DNA of 64,000 nt from Candidatus Latescibacterota bacterium. Its GTDB lineage: Bacteria; Latescibacterota; UBA2968. Positions 40,638 through 49,496 of this stretch are shown piece after piece. The translations under genes and the position numbers were made by a program. The number at the start of each line of letters is the position of its first letter. Within the stretch, counting starts at the first letter, position 1. The stretch spans positions 2,848,001-2,912,000 of the forward strand of contig OZ242195.1 in NCBI GenBank assembly GCA_965205975.1. The letters are read 5' to 3'. Below the pieces are notes generated by a model. That model worked only from the letters and a program-made list of their open reading frames with translations. It did not search any database and was not told the DNA's origin.

Positions 40638-41843
40638 TTATGATAAAATCAGCCGGGCAACAGCATCCTCATTAAGCGTAATACCCAAACCGGGTTCTTC
40701 ACTCAGAGTAACATGCCCATCTTCGAGCAACAAAGGCTCTGCAAGAAGCTCATTGCCAAAAGGCCCGCGCGCAAAACCGCTGGGACATTCAGAAATAAAG
40801 CAATTGGGAGTCGCCGCGCCGACATGCAGACCCGCCATGAGATGGACAGGCGTACTCGTACTCACATGGGACGCCCATGACACGCCAAACACATCGGCTA
40901 ATTGTGCGATACGCAGCGTCTCAGAAATACCCCCAGCCCGGCAAACATCGGGCAGAATGAGATCGCACTCTTTATTCAGCAACCGGTCTCGCACGACATA
41001 GCGGTTGCAGTCTGTCTCCCCAACAGCGATCCGAATAGAAGTCGATTGGGTCAACTGCCGATACCCCTGATGATCTTCGGGCAACAGAGCATCTTCAAAC
41101 CATTCCACATTGCCGAGATCTTCGAGCAATCGGACAAAGCGAAGAGCGTCTTTAATATCGAATCCACCGTGCGCATCAACGAGCAGCTTGCCGCGATCTC
41201 CCACAGCCCGGGACATCTCGCGGACGACGTGCATCTGTTCCTCTATCGACCCTCGTCCGCAGGACGTCTTCACCACAGAAAACCCATCATCCAGAACCCT
41301 TCCAATCTCCTCGCAACGAGATTCAATAGTCTGACCCGGCGTCCCCGATGAATACACGGGAATTTGCAAGCGGTAAGGACCGCCAAGCAAACGCCAGATC
41401 GGTTCGTTGTAATACTTACCGCGTATATCCCAAAGCGCAATATCGATCCCTGCAATCGCCTCCAGGGTAAATCCCTGCGTATGGGAGCGCAGGCGCATCG
41501 TCGAAAACATGCGCTCCCACAAAACATCAATCGAGCGCGGATCCTCCCCGATGAGCACAGGACACAACAAATCTTCTACAATCGTTTTGACAACGCGAGG
41601 CGCAGCCGGAGCGTGGGCTTCGCCAATGCCCTCAATACCGTTATCTGTACGCACGCGAATAAGCGCTGTCGAACGCCCCGAAGGATAGACACAGAGATGT
41701 CGCGTATCGGCTCTGCCGGGAAAGGTCTGTGTGGATTGGGGAGCGACTTGCGGAAATTTTAATCCTGCGGTATCTTCATATCGCGTCGCACCCTGCTGGC
41801 GAGCGGTAGAGAGAATATCGCAGGTAATATCGGTAATTTTCAT
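40638..41843 (-). CDS. Mandelate racemase/muconate lactonizing (enolase superfamily) protein
   Basis: GIGEA, AGIDIALWD, VDAH, WFED, VGE, PGLG. Confidence 0.9.
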   Translation of the reverse strand: MKITDITCDILSTARQQGATRYEDTAGLKFPQVAPQSTQTFPGRADTRHLCVYPSGRSTALIRVRTDNGIEGIGEAHAPAAPRVVKTIVEDLLCPVLIGEDPRSIDVLWERMFSTMRLRSHTQGFTLEAIAGIDIALWDIRGKYYNEPIWRLLGGPYRLQIPVYSSGTPGQTIESRCEEIGRVLDDGFSVVKTSCGRGSIEEQMHVVREMSRAVGDRGKLLVDAHGGFDIKDALRFVRLLEDLGNVEWFEDALLPEDHQGYRQLTQSTSIRIAVGETDCNRYVVRDRLLNKECDLILPDVCRAGGISETLRIAQLADVFGVSWASHVSTSTPVHLMAGLHVGAATPNCFISECPSGFARGPFGNELLAEPLLLEDGHVTLSEEPGLGITLNEDAVARLILS

Positions 41844-41944
41844 TAGCGGCTCCTGGGGTGTATTGTAAAAAATACGGACAGATAAAAAATAGAGTGAAAT
41901 CTCACTATTTGCAAATCTCTGTCCGCACTGTGAAAGAGGATTAG

Positions 41945-42289
41945 ATGAATACGATTGAAGCCCATATTGACCGGGCCACTATCCAGGCCATAACGCGACT
42001 GATTGTCGAACGCTTTGATCCGGAGCAGATCATTCTCTTCGGAAGCCATGCACGCGGAGAGGCTAACGAGCACAGCGATTTGGATCTGCTGGTCGTGATG
42101 CATACAGATGCAGGACGACGCCAGCAAGGCAATCCTATTCGTCGGGCAATTGCCGAGCATTTCGTGTTGCCCGTCGATATAATTATTCGCCCTCCTGATG
42201 TCTTAGCCGAGCAGCGTAACAATCCATATTCCCTGATTCACAAGGTACTGGAAGAAGGAGAAGTGGTATATGAACGACGAGTCGCCTGA
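41945..42289 (+). CDS. Minimal nucleotidyltransferase (MNT)
   Basis: LFGSHARG..SDLDLLVV. Confidence 0.92.
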   Translation: MNTIEAHIDRATIQAITRLIVERFDPEQIILFGSHARGEANEHSDLDLLVVMHTDAGRRQQGNPIRRAIAEHFVLPVDIIIRPPDVLAEQRNNPYSLIHKVLEEGEVVYERRVA

Positions 42290-42653
42290 ACGAGATTGGT
42301 TTGAGAAAGCAGGTCAGGATTTGGAGATGGCGCGTCGGGCATTGAAACCAGGACAACCTCTGCCGGAGATGGCCTGCTATCACGCCCAGCAATGCGCTGA
42401 GAAATATCTAAAGGGCTATCTAATCGCCCATTCTGTCCCCTTCCGCTTCGTACACGATCTCATTTATCTCATGCAGTTATGCATAGCACGCAACCCGACT
42501 TTTGAGAAACTGATGCCTGCTGTCGAGATTTTAAACGAATATGGAGCGACAATGCGCTATCCGATGGAAGGCTCTGTGGAGCCTGATATAGAGACAGCCA
42601 GAGAGGCGATTCGTCTGGCCGAACAAATTGCTACTTTAGTCAAGAAAGGTTAG
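42270..42653 (+). CDS. HEPN domain protein (MNT partner)
   Basis: CYHAQQCAEKYLK, HDL, RYP; overlaps MNT. Confidence 0.9.
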   Translation: MNDESPERDWFEKAGQDLEMARRALKPGQPLPEMACYHAQQCAEKYLKGYLIAHSVPFRFVHDLIYLMQLCIARNPTFEKLMPAVEILNEYGATMRYPMEGSVEPDIETAREAIRLAEQIATLVKKG

Positions 42654-42656
42654 ACG

Positions 42657-43445
42657 ATGAGAGAGTGTAAAGTGAGAATAAAAATACCAAAAGAGGAAGA
42701 ATGCTTAGAACTGCGAAAGAGATTGCAGAAAGCAAGATATCAAGTCTTAGAAGACGGAGAAAACTGGTTAGGGATAGCACAGGCAATTGAGGCAGTGGGG
42801 AAGGCAATAGTAAAGGGAGATAAGGATAAAGACACGCTGGGCAAGCTGAAGGAGGCACTTCAAAAATTTGTAAAAAAATGCCATCCGACAACAGATCAAG
42901 GACAATATGAGATAGAAGAGGGGCCCTTTGAGAGCACGTTTAAAAACCTCTTGGAAGAGATAAAAGAAGCGCGGAATGACGAGGCACACACGGGAACAGC
43001 AGCACGAGCAGCAGCGAGAATAGCAACCGTGGTCGGAATCTATCTGGAGGATACCTTAATGGCAGCAAGCGGCGCAGAGAAGGATGGCGTGAAAGCATAC
43101 ATACAAGAACAGGTTGTACGAGCCTACACCTGGCAGAGGTTGGGAGAGTGCAGGAGACTGATGTTGACACACTCTTTCTCATACCTGCCCGTACAAATAG
43201 AAAATGAATGGAAAATGTTATCGGATGCGGAACTGGCAAAATACCTGGCGGACAAAGGTCCCGATGGGCGAAAAGAGACAATAAAAGAAGCAATAAAAAA
43301 CGGACTGAACGTAAAAGACGCCCCCGAAGTGAAATCTATCTACTGCAAAGAGAAAGCTCTAAAAAAAATGAAAGGGCAGGCAGCAGTTGTCATAAATAAA
43401 GAAAAAGAACTCTTGGGTATTATAACTCCATTTGACTTACTTTAG
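42657..43445 (+). CDS. Putative HEPN (RX4H) plus CBS-pair protein
   Basis: Helical N-half with ARNDEAH; C-half MLTHSFSYLPV...LLGIITPFDLL (CBS-like); A-rich composition. Confidence 0.7.
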   Translation: MRECKVRIKIPKEEECLELRKRLQKARYQVLEDGENWLGIAQAIEAVGKAIVKGDKDKDTLGKLKEALQKFVKKCHPTTDQGQYEIEEGPFESTFKNLLEEIKEARNDEAHTGTAARAAARIATVVGIYLEDTLMAASGAEKDGVKAYIQEQVVRAYTWQRLGECRRLMLTHSFSYLPVQIENEWKMLSDAELAKYLADKGPDGRKETIKEAIKNGLNVKDAPEVKSIYCKEKALKKMKGQAAVVINKEKELLGIITPFDLL

Positions 43446-43485
43446 GGGTGGCGCACAGGGGTAGCCAAAACAAAAGGAGGATCGC

Positions 43486-43560
43486 ATGCTGAAACAAGTG
43501 CTTGGAGACGGAGATTCATTTTACAAACAACTTGCTCAATATCGCTTGAAAATTCGGTAA
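43486..43560 (+). CDS. 24-aa small ORF
   Basis: Strong RBS aaaggagg 5 nt before ATG; MLKQVLGDGDSFYKQLAQYRLKIR. Confidence 0.3.
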   Translation: MLKQVLGDGDSFYKQLAQYRLKIR

Positions 43561-43626
43561 CTTGATTTCTGATCTCTAAATCAACACGCTTGCAAGAAAA
43601 TTTTTAATTTTAACAGGAGGCAAACA

Positions 43627-44988
43627 GTGGCTCGTCAATCACATTTATTAAACGACGAAACAATATTGCATTTTATAGCGCGTGGATATTGCGTCGTCAA
43701 AACAAGTGTTGCGCCGCATATCCACGCACAAATACTGACAGACGCAAAAAAAACTCTGGTACAGGGGAACCCGGGCAATGACATATTGCATGCCGCACCG
43801 GGATTGCGCGAAATTTTCGACGACCCAGCGATGGTCGGCGCGCTATCGAGCATCCTCGGCGATTCTTATGTCATGCACTGCCACAGACATTGCCATCTCA
43901 ACCGCGCGGGCACAGAAGGCCGAAGATTTCACCAGGACGGATCACCGCGTCGTTTTGCCGGCTGGAGCCGACCCTGGCAGCGTCACCATCGCCCGCGAAC
44001 TGTCATGGCGATTTGTTATCCACACCAAACACCGGTTGAGATGGGCCCCACGGGCGTCATTCCCGGAACGCAGTATTACAGCGCGAAACCGAAAAATGAA
44101 TTTGATTATGAATTCCCATTTGCAGTTGTCGATCCTGGCGATGTATTGCTCGTACATTTTGATTTGTTCCATCGCGTATCCAGCAACACGAGCGATCACG
44201 ACCGGTATATGATGAAATTTTTGTTCAAACGCACAGAAGAACCAACAGCGCCGAGTTGGCAGGCCGCATCGGATTTCGATCCCGATTTCGACACCCTTGC
44301 CCACCGGATAAAACCCGACCATCCATCCGACGTCTTATTGCGCCATCCCCTCGTATGGGAATTTATGTGGCGCTGGATGCGCGGTGAACCCCTGCCCGAG
44401 TGGGATGATGACGCACCCGTCTCTGTGGATGACATGATGCACAACCTGAACAGCGATGATCCAGGTATCGTGATAGATGCGACTTATGCACTGGGGCGAT
44501 TGGGCAAACGCGCAGTACCAGCATTAATGGACGTATTACTGGGACAAGATGAAGCACTTCGAGAGCAAGTACCCGCAGCACTATCAGCAGCAGGTGGCCA
44601 CGCAGTAGATCCACTCATCCGTGCATTGACACACTCGGATGACTGGGTGCGTGCAACGGCTGCGGATACCCTGGGCGACATTGGTTTGCCTGCCCTTGAC
44701 GCGCTACCCGCTATTCGCAGCGCACTCTCAGACCGCGACGACTGGGTGCGCCACAATGCCACGCGCGCATTGACCATCTGGAGCAAAGCTGCCGAAATCA
44801 CCCGCGATGACTTGCTCACAGCACTAAAAGACGCCGAGCCTTTTGTCGGCTTCAACGCGCTAACAGCTCTGGAACACATGGATCGCGTTGACGATGCACA
44901 GGTACTGCCATTGCTAAAAGCAATGCAAAACCATGAACACAGCCGACTGCGCTACCAGGTAAACGAAATGCTACAGCGCGTAGCCTGA
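43627..44988 (+). CDS. PhyH dioxygenase fused to HEAT/PBS-lyase repeats
   Basis: FHQDG...LFHR followed by repeated DDWVR..AA..LG units. Confidence 0.88.
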   Translation: MARQSHLLNDETILHFIARGYCVVKTSVAPHIHAQILTDAKKTLVQGNPGNDILHAAPGLREIFDDPAMVGALSSILGDSYVMHCHRHCHLNRAGTEGRRFHQDGSPRRFAGWSRPWQRHHRPRTVMAICYPHQTPVEMGPTGVIPGTQYYSAKPKNEFDYEFPFAVVDPGDVLLVHFDLFHRVSSNTSDHDRYMMKFLFKRTEEPTAPSWQAASDFDPDFDTLAHRIKPDHPSDVLLRHPLVWEFMWRWMRGEPLPEWDDDAPVSVDDMMHNLNSDDPGIVIDATYALGRLGKRAVPALMDVLLGQDEALREQVPAALSAAGGHAVDPLIRALTHSDDWVRATAADTLGDIGLPALDALPAIRSALSDRDDWVRHNATRALTIWSKAAEITRDDLLTALKDAEPFVGFNALTALEHMDRVDDAQVLPLLKAMQNHEHSRLRYQVNEMLQRVA

Positions 44989-45010
44989 CCGAATGTTAAA
45001 AATATGTTAC

Positions 45011-45042
45011 AAGTATTGACTTTTGCGTTGAATACTTATAAT
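45011..45042 (+). promoter_or_regulatory. Promoter-like hexamers with overlapping inverted repeat
   Basis: TTGACT-N15-TATAAT (short spacer); AAGTATT-N13-AATACTT dyad. Confidence 0.45.
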
Positions 45043-45093
45043 GTTGCCCGTGCTTGAGACAAATTTCCACGTTTCTATTCAGCGAGGACTACA

Positions 45094-45351
45094 ATGTCAG
45101 ACAAAAAACGGGTTTACTTCCAAGTGGAAGCACCCAGAGCGGGTGCAGTTGTCGTATTGGGCGATTTTAACAACTGGGAACAACGGTCTTTGAAACTGAA
45201 TAAAAAGGGCCAATGGACAACCTGGACAACGCTAACACCGGGGCGGTATGAATATCGGTATCAGATCGACGGTGAATGGCGCAATGATCCCGCAGCACCT
45301 GCTGTACCCAATGATTTTGGGTCGGAGAACAATGTCGTGGTTGTAGGATAA
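45094..45351 (+). CDS. Stand-alone glycogen-binding (CBM48/AMPK-type) domain protein
   Basis: VVLGDFNNW, GRYEYRYQIDGEW.NDP, NDFGSENN. Confidence 0.88.
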   Translation: MSDKKRVYFQVEAPRAGAVVVLGDFNNWEQRSLKLNKKGQWTTWTTLTPGRYEYRYQIDGEWRNDPAAPAVPNDFGSENNVVVVG

Positions 45352-45375
45352 AACCCACTCAAAATTCCAATACAG

Positions 45376-45410
45376 AATCGCCTGTCCTCTATCTCGGGCA
45401 GGCGATTTTT
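45376..45410 (+). terminator. Rho-independent terminator
   Basis: aatcgcctgtcc...gggcaggcgattttt. Confidence 0.75.
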
Positions 45411-45482
45411 GCGTTTTTTAACACTTTCATATATTTTCTCGTATGCGTATTTTGCACGACCATCAAGCACTGAGGAGATATT

Positions 45483-46310
45483 ATGTCTTCCAAACGCGAA
45501 CAGTTAATTCAGAACGGGTTCTGTGTATTTGAAAAAGTACTCACTCCCGAGATGGTTGCGCGCACAAACGCGGTATCCAATCGCTTGTTAGACGCGCAAG
45601 ATGCCGAGTACTTTGAAGCACAGAAATCCACGGGAAGTTTGATCAGCATTTACAATGATGACTTTTTTGCCGAACTGGTCACATGGCCAAAAGCACTAAA
45701 TGCTTTGCGAGAAATGGGCTTTGATCACCCCAACTTTTCATCGGGCTTTATAATCAGCAAACCCCCGCACAGTCCACCGCTATTCTGGCATCAGGACTGG
45801 TGGGGATGGAATGATCCCATCAGCTATGAAACTCTACCGCAGCAGGTATTTCTGATGTATTATCTCGTAGATACTTCGCGTGAAAACGGGTGTTTGAGAT
45901 TAATCGAAGGTTCGCACTTAAAACGACATCCCCTGCACGACATAACCCCCGAAGCACACACCGATGATTTGAGGCGCGTATCTGATCCAGACCATCCGGC
46001 CTATCAGTCGTATCCCGATGAGCGAGATGTTCCCGTACGTGCTGGCGATCTGGTCATCGGCGATTCGCGGTTATTGCACAGCGCACACGCCAACAAAACG
46101 GATCAGCGGCGGACAGTCATCACACTGTGGTATCACCCGATATACAACGAACTACCCGACGGCATGCGCGCCCGCCTGGCGAACCGGCACCCGATTCCAG
46201 ATTACTGGTCTGAAGAAGCCACCTGCAAAATCACGCCATTGATGCCCGTTTATACAGGTGACTGCGAAGAACTCGAATGGAATCGCATTCCCGGACCGAC
46301 GTTGGTGTGA
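45483..46310 (+). CDS. PhyH-family dioxygenase
   Basis: WHQD, NGCL..IEGSH, GD..LLH. Confidence 0.9.
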   Translation: MSSKREQLIQNGFCVFEKVLTPEMVARTNAVSNRLLDAQDAEYFEAQKSTGSLISIYNDDFFAELVTWPKALNALREMGFDHPNFSSGFIISKPPHSPPLFWHQDWWGWNDPISYETLPQQVFLMYYLVDTSRENGCLRLIEGSHLKRHPLHDITPEAHTDDLRRVSDPDHPAYQSYPDERDVPVRAGDLVIGDSRLLHSAHANKTDQRRTVITLWYHPIYNELPDGMRARLANRHPIPDYWSEEATCKITPLMPVYTGDCEELEWNRIPGPTLV

Positions 46311-46315
46311 TAATT

Positions 46316-46570
46316 ATGACAAAACCAAAACTATATGAAGAAGTGGCAATAGCGTGCAACATACCGGAAGAAAACTTAATACAGGGTGATGTTGCTGTCG
46401 TGGTCGAATATGTACCGCATCCTGCGGGTGAAGAAGAAGGTGCAATTTTAGAGATTTTTAATGCCATTGGCGAATCCGTAGCCGTGGTCACAGTGCCCAT
46501 CTCCGCGATTAAATCGCTACGTGCTGATCAAGTGCTCATGGTGCGGGAGATGGCTCCTGCAACATCGTAA
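46316..46570 (+). CDS. DUF4926-family small protein
   Basis: VAIACNIPEENLIQGDVAVVVE..GAILEIFNAIGESVAV. Confidence 0.75.
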   Translation: MTKPKLYEEVAIACNIPEENLIQGDVAVVVEYVPHPAGEEEGAILEIFNAIGESVAVVTVPISAIKSLRADQVLMVREMAPATS

Positions 46571-46591
46571 AAACCACAAAGCGAAAACAAT

Positions 46592-47644
46592 ATGAAAATC
46601 GCCGCTCTCATCTCTGGTGGTGTCGATAGTTCTGTGGCTTTGAACATATTGAAAAATGAAGGCCACGACCTGACGGCATTTTACTTAAAAGTATGGCTCG
46701 AAAACGAACTCGCTTTTTTGGGGGAGTGTCCCTGGGAAGCCGACCTGGAATTTGTCCGTGCCGTATGCGATCAACTCGATGTACCGCTGGAGATAATCTC
46801 CCTACAATCGGAATACCTCGAACGCGTCGTATCTTATGCACTCGAAGAACTGCGCGCTGGACGCACACCCAGCCCAGATATATTTTGCAACCAGCGGATC
46901 AAATTCGGCGCATTCTTTGACCACATAGACAGCAGTTATGAAAAAGTGGCAACCGGGCACTACGCACAAATCGCACAGAGCAACGGAACTTATCATCTCA
47001 AACGCGCACCCGACCCCATCAAAGATCAGACCTACTTCTTATCCGGCATGTATCAATCTCAGGTCGCGCGGGCATTATTTCCCATCGGAAACCTGATGAA
47101 AAGCGAAGTGCGCCAACTCGCGCGAGATTTTAACCTGCCAAATCAAGCGCGAAAAGACAGCCAGGGAATATGTTTCCTGGGCAAAATCAGATATCCAGAC
47201 TTTATCGCATTTCACCTGGGCGAAAAAAAAGGCGATATTATCGACAGAGAAACCGGACAAATCCTGGGACCGCATCGGGGCTACTATTATTACACAATAG
47301 GACAGCGGTATGGCCTGGGATTGGGCGGAGGCCCCTGGTACGTCGTGCAAAAAGATATCGGGCGCAACATCATCTTTGTATCCCACGCCACGAAGCACAA
47401 GAATACATCGCGGAACCAATTTGTTGCGACAAATCCCAATTGGATAGCAGAACCACCTGACAAAACCGCCCTACAATTAAAACTGCGTCACGGCCCAGAA
47501 CTGATCAACTGCGAAATCGAAGCAACAGATGACAACCGATTATCCGTAACCATAGCAGAAAAAGATTCCGGCATAGCCCCCGGACAATTCGCCGTATTTT
47601 ACGACGGCGATCTCTGTCTCGGCAGCGCAGTAATTGACCATTGA
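46592..47644 (+). CDS. mnmA: tRNA 2-thiouridylase
   Basis: SGGVDSS, TPSPDIFCN, ATGHYA, KDQTYFL, DSQGICF, PGQ. Confidence 0.96.
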   Translation: MKIAALISGGVDSSVALNILKNEGHDLTAFYLKVWLENELAFLGECPWEADLEFVRAVCDQLDVPLEIISLQSEYLERVVSYALEELRAGRTPSPDIFCNQRIKFGAFFDHIDSSYEKVATGHYAQIAQSNGTYHLKRAPDPIKDQTYFLSGMYQSQVARALFPIGNLMKSEVRQLARDFNLPNQARKDSQGICFLGKIRYPDFIAFHLGEKKGDIIDRETGQILGPHRGYYYYTIGQRYGLGLGGGPWYVVQKDIGRNIIFVSHATKHKNTSRNQFVATNPNWIAEPPDKTALQLKLRHGPELINCEIEATDDNRLSVTIAEKDSGIAPGQFAVFYDGDLCLGSAVIDH

Positions 47645-47660
47645 ACACAGGAAACCCAAC

Positions 47661-48605
47661 ATGAACAAAGTAGGACTGGTACAACATCCCGATTTTCAAA
47701 AACACGACACAGGAGGCGCGCATCCCGAGCGTCCCGAGCGCTTACAAACACTACATGCCCATCTGGACGCAACGGGCCTGACAAAAGACCTCATAACACT
47801 CGAACCCCGACATGTCGATACATCCTATTTGGAAAAAGCGCACACCCCCGAACATATTGCAAACGTAAAATCTCGATGTACACAAGGCATCACGTACATG
47901 GACGATTTTGACACCAGAATCTGTCCACTATCTTTTGACATAGCCCGACTCGCTGTTGGCGCCACATTTGAAGCCATTGACGCAGTTATGGACGCGCGCG
48001 TACACACGGCTTTTTGTGCCGTGCGCCCCCCCGGGCACCACGCTGAACGCAATCACGCAATGGGATTTTGTCTATTCAGCAACGCGGTCATAGCCGCGCG
48101 ATATATACAAGAAACATATTCCCTTGAACGCGTGGCAATTGTAGATTGGGACGTGCATCACGGCAATGGCACACAGCACATATTGGAAACCGACCCCTCG
48201 GTATTCTTCTTTAGCATCCACCAATACCCCCATTACCCCGGCACGGGACGAGCAGACGAAACAGGTATTGGCGCAGGCAAAGGATTCACATTAAATGCAC
48301 CCGTGCCCGCAGGCAGCGATGACGCCGTGTATTTGCGCATATTCGACGACGTATTTCTACCCGCCATGCACGCATTTAAACCGCAATTTGTCATTATCTC
48401 CGCTGGATTTGACGCGCATCGGTCCGATCCCTTATCGGCCACTCAAGTGACAGAATCCGGTTTTGCCGAAATGACAAAGCGCGTAATGGCTGTCGCACGA
48501 GATCACGCAGATGGAAGACTAATCTCTCTCCTGGAAGGCGGATATGATCTCGTCGGCCTATCGCGCAGCGTCGAATCCCATATAAAGGAACTGATGAATG
48601 GGTGA
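47661..48605 (+). CDS. Histone deacetylase family protein
   Basis: HPERPER, RPPGHHA, DWDVHHGNGTQ, SAGFDAH, LEGGY. Confidence 0.95.
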   Translation: MNKVGLVQHPDFQKHDTGGAHPERPERLQTLHAHLDATGLTKDLITLEPRHVDTSYLEKAHTPEHIANVKSRCTQGITYMDDFDTRICPLSFDIARLAVGATFEAIDAVMDARVHTAFCAVRPPGHHAERNHAMGFCLFSNAVIAARYIQETYSLERVAIVDWDVHHGNGTQHILETDPSVFFFSIHQYPHYPGTGRADETGIGAGKGFTLNAPVPAGSDDAVYLRIFDDVFLPAMHAFKPQFVIISAGFDAHRSDPLSATQVTESGFAEMTKRVMAVARDHADGRLISLLEGGYDLVGLSRSVESHIKELMNG

Positions 48606-49485
48606 TACGAAAAAAATAGTCGCATTTCAAGGTGAACGCGGTGCATTCAGTGAAATGGCCGCGCGCTCGTACTTTGGCAAAGACGTCGAAGTCGTACCGC
48701 AACGCAATTTCTCAGCCCTGTTTGCCGCCGTCGAACACGAAGAATGTACGCATGGCATGGTACCCATTGAAAATTCATTAATGGGCAGCATCCACGAAAA
48801 TTACGATCACCTGTCGGCGCACCATTTACAGATCGTCGGCGAACTGAAGTTGCGCATCGTACACAATCTAATTGTAAACCCCGGGGTAAAATTAGAAGAC
48901 ATCCGCCATATCTATTCCCAGGCACCAGCACTGGCGCAATGTACGCAATTCACTGCATCTCTATCGCAAGCCGAAACAGTTATGGCCTCCGATACCGCAG
49001 GAGCCGTAAAAGCTTTGAAAACATCGGGCGCACGCGATGCCGCTGCAATAGCGAGTGCCCAAGCAGCCTGGGATTACGATCTGGAAATTTTGCAGACGGG
49101 CATAGAAGACGACCATCAAAACTACACGCGATTTTTAGTCGTCACATCCGAGGCGCTATCACCTGAAAATCCAGACATCCAAATGCCCGCAAAAACATCA
49201 ATCGTATTCGCCATGAAAAATGTGCCCGGCGCATTGTTTAAAAGTCTGAGCGTATTTGCATTGCGCGACCTCAATCTGCTCAAAATTGAATCTCGCCCCC
49301 TTGCGGGCAAACCCTGGGAATACGCCTTCTCGCTCGACTTTGAGGGCCATATCCGTCAAGAACCCTGTGCCCGCGCCATTGAACACCTGCGCGAAATCGC
49401 CACCTTTGTAAAAATCCTCGGTTCTTATCGACAAGGGGACATGGTCGAAGGCAAAGTTTGGAAACGCGAAAAAAATAAAGTGTGA
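48598..49485 (+). CDS. pheA: Prephenate dehydratase with ACT domain
   Basis: FQGERGAFSE, PIENS, NYTRF, KIESRP. Confidence 0.93.
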   Translation: MGDTKKIVAFQGERGAFSEMAARSYFGKDVEVVPQRNFSALFAAVEHEECTHGMVPIENSLMGSIHENYDHLSAHHLQIVGELKLRIVHNLIVNPGVKLEDIRHIYSQAPALAQCTQFTASLSQAETVMASDTAGAVKALKTSGARDAAAIASAQAAWDYDLEILQTGIEDDHQNYTRFLVVTSEALSPENPDIQMPAKTSIVFAMKNVPGALFKSLSVFALRDLNLLKIESRPLAGKPWEYAFSLDFEGHIRQEPCARAIEHLREIATFVKILGSYRQGDMVEGKVWKREKNKV

Positions 49486-49496
49486 AAGGATTCTAC

